DNA from: Sphaeroforma arctica JP610
Taxonomy: Eukaryota
Direction of reading: 5' to 3'
DNA length: 40,001 bases
Assembly: GCF_001186125.1 (NCBI RefSeq)
Contig: NW_014040324.1
Span: forward strand, 50,561-90,561
Below, one piece after another: positions 38,272-40,001 of the stretch (its first letter is position 1; the number at the start of each line of letters is the position of its first letter). Below the pieces are notes generated by a model. The model was not told the origin of the DNA, did not search any database, and saw only the letters and a list, made by a program, of their open reading frames with translations. A program made the translations under genes and the position numbers.

Positions 38272-39705
38272 GATGTAGACGTAGTAGATGTACGAATACT
38301 ACCACAATGAGGAAAAGATAACTAAGAGTGGAGGTAACCGTTGACGTATGTGATACGCTAGTATTTTCTCCTGCTTTAAGAGACTAGCTGAGACAGCTAT
38401 GTTGCCGCAAGTGTCCAGGTTGTTGTGAAGCCCGTACAAAGTAGAGTATCCCCGCACTGGACATAGCAGTGCATTTTTAATAAACAAACAACGCAAAGAC
38501 TTTTGTGCAATTGCCGAAACGGCGGCACTCGTTCAGAACTTGCACGAAAGTCTTCGGCACCCACTGCCGCACAGTCCCGCAGGCCCACACTCACAGCCAA
38601 CCAAATGTTACTTTACGCGTTGCAAGTTGAAACTGCGTCGTTGGCCAAATCAGAAAAATCCGTCGGGCTGACTCTTTGTGACTTTGTGTCGGTCTATGTC
38701 ATATAGAGAGTAATAGCATAGTAGGAGTATAGACTATTATAGAGATGATATATTTTTCAGAAGCGATATCCATTAGTGCACAGGCCGACAACCTCGCTGT
38801 GCATTGGGAGATTGACTATCCTTTCACCAAACTACATATTCAATTGGCCATGAGAGAGAGCTATAGCTTAATTTTATCCATGTAAATTGTATTTAATAAA
38901 ATCAAATACGCTCATTTTGCGGTAGTTATTAATAACAATCAGTCAGTTATAAATTGATCATTCTTTGTTGACTGGCTGTTTTTTTTATTTAAACAAATTA
39001 CAACACCTGTCGGCTCACTCGGCTCATTGGCTGTCGTCTGTCGTCTGTCGACTAAAAGTCGAAACAACGGTCTGAAATCTCAAATCTGAGAGGCCCGCGC
39101 ACTTCTTGAAAGGCCATGACTTTGAAGTCTGCAGGGGTCTGGAGTCTGGAGTCTGGATTCTGGCTGGCCGGTATTTATTTTTGGGTTCAACAACACAAGA
39201 GTTTGGGCCTTTGGGCTTTGGCTCTATATATGAATATGGGCCTTTGGTTGTTGCAACTGTGGCCGTGGGCAGTGGGCTTCAGGGCCTGTGCCCCTGTGCC
39301 CTGTGGCCTGTGGCCTGGGACTCAAGACTCTGTGATAACCTAACATTGAAACTATGTATTTTTACCACACAAACAAACGATTTTTCCCCGCAGGGGTATA
39401 AGTGCCGTGGTGGGTGGATAGGGTTTAATATTCTTGTATGTATTTATTATATTACCACGATTATAGAGTCCTTCTGGCGAAGAAAGCTCTTGACTACTTC
39501 CCGCGATACCTGATACCATACGCCAGAGTTATGCTTGGTATGGGTTGTAGACAGCTCAATTGCATAAAATTATTCAGGGTTATTCCCGGTTTCCTGAGGT
39601 ACACGGCCATGAATCACAAGTGCTACCATATTTTTCGCGATTATTCTAGGGTCTAGATCGAACTGTACCATCATACCGGTTTCACTCTCAAAAAACTGTA
39701 TTCAA

Positions 39706-39792
39706 TATGTATATATATATATATATATATAGATATATAGATATATAGATATATAGATATATAGATATATATATATATAGATATATAGATAT

Positions 39793-39831
<39 letters not shown>

Positions 39832-39966
39832 TAGATATAGATATAGATATAGATATAGATATAGATATAGATATAGATATAGATATAGATATAGATATAG
39901 ATATAGATATAGATATAGATATAGATATAGATATAGATATATATATATATATAGAGATATATATAT

Positions 39967-40001
<35 letters not shown>
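39706..40001. repeat. (TA)n/(GATA)n/(GATATA)n compound microsatellite
   Basis: Direct inspection. Confidence 0.95.

Overview
Eukaryotic genomic DNA (spliceosomal GT-AG introns, TA-type microsatellites, three N gaps). The right half (25.2-38.3 kb) carries two ordinary minus-strand mitochondrial-protein genes: COQ7 (5 coding exons) and B12-dependent methylmalonyl-CoA mutase (12 exons). The left half (3.9-23.2 kb) is a nest of decayed transposons: two copies of a Ty3/Gypsy LTR-retrotransposon family (A, + strand), a near-complete copy of a second, diverged Gypsy family (B, - strand, apparently with both LTRs and a decayed chromodomain), three TSD-less insertions of an unclassified repeat (C), a Crypton-type GCR1_C fragment and a PIF/Harbinger-type Myb/SANT gene fragment. 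The main finding is that both Gypsy families carry a DIRS-type N6-adenine DNA methyltransferase domain (DxFA/T motif I and NPPW motif IV) inside pol, between RNase H and a DDE integrase (PR-RT-RH-MTase-IN[-chromo]). Both also appear to separate gag from pol by an in-frame UGA, a candidate for stop-codon readthrough. All domain calls come from motif recognition by eye; no searches were run.
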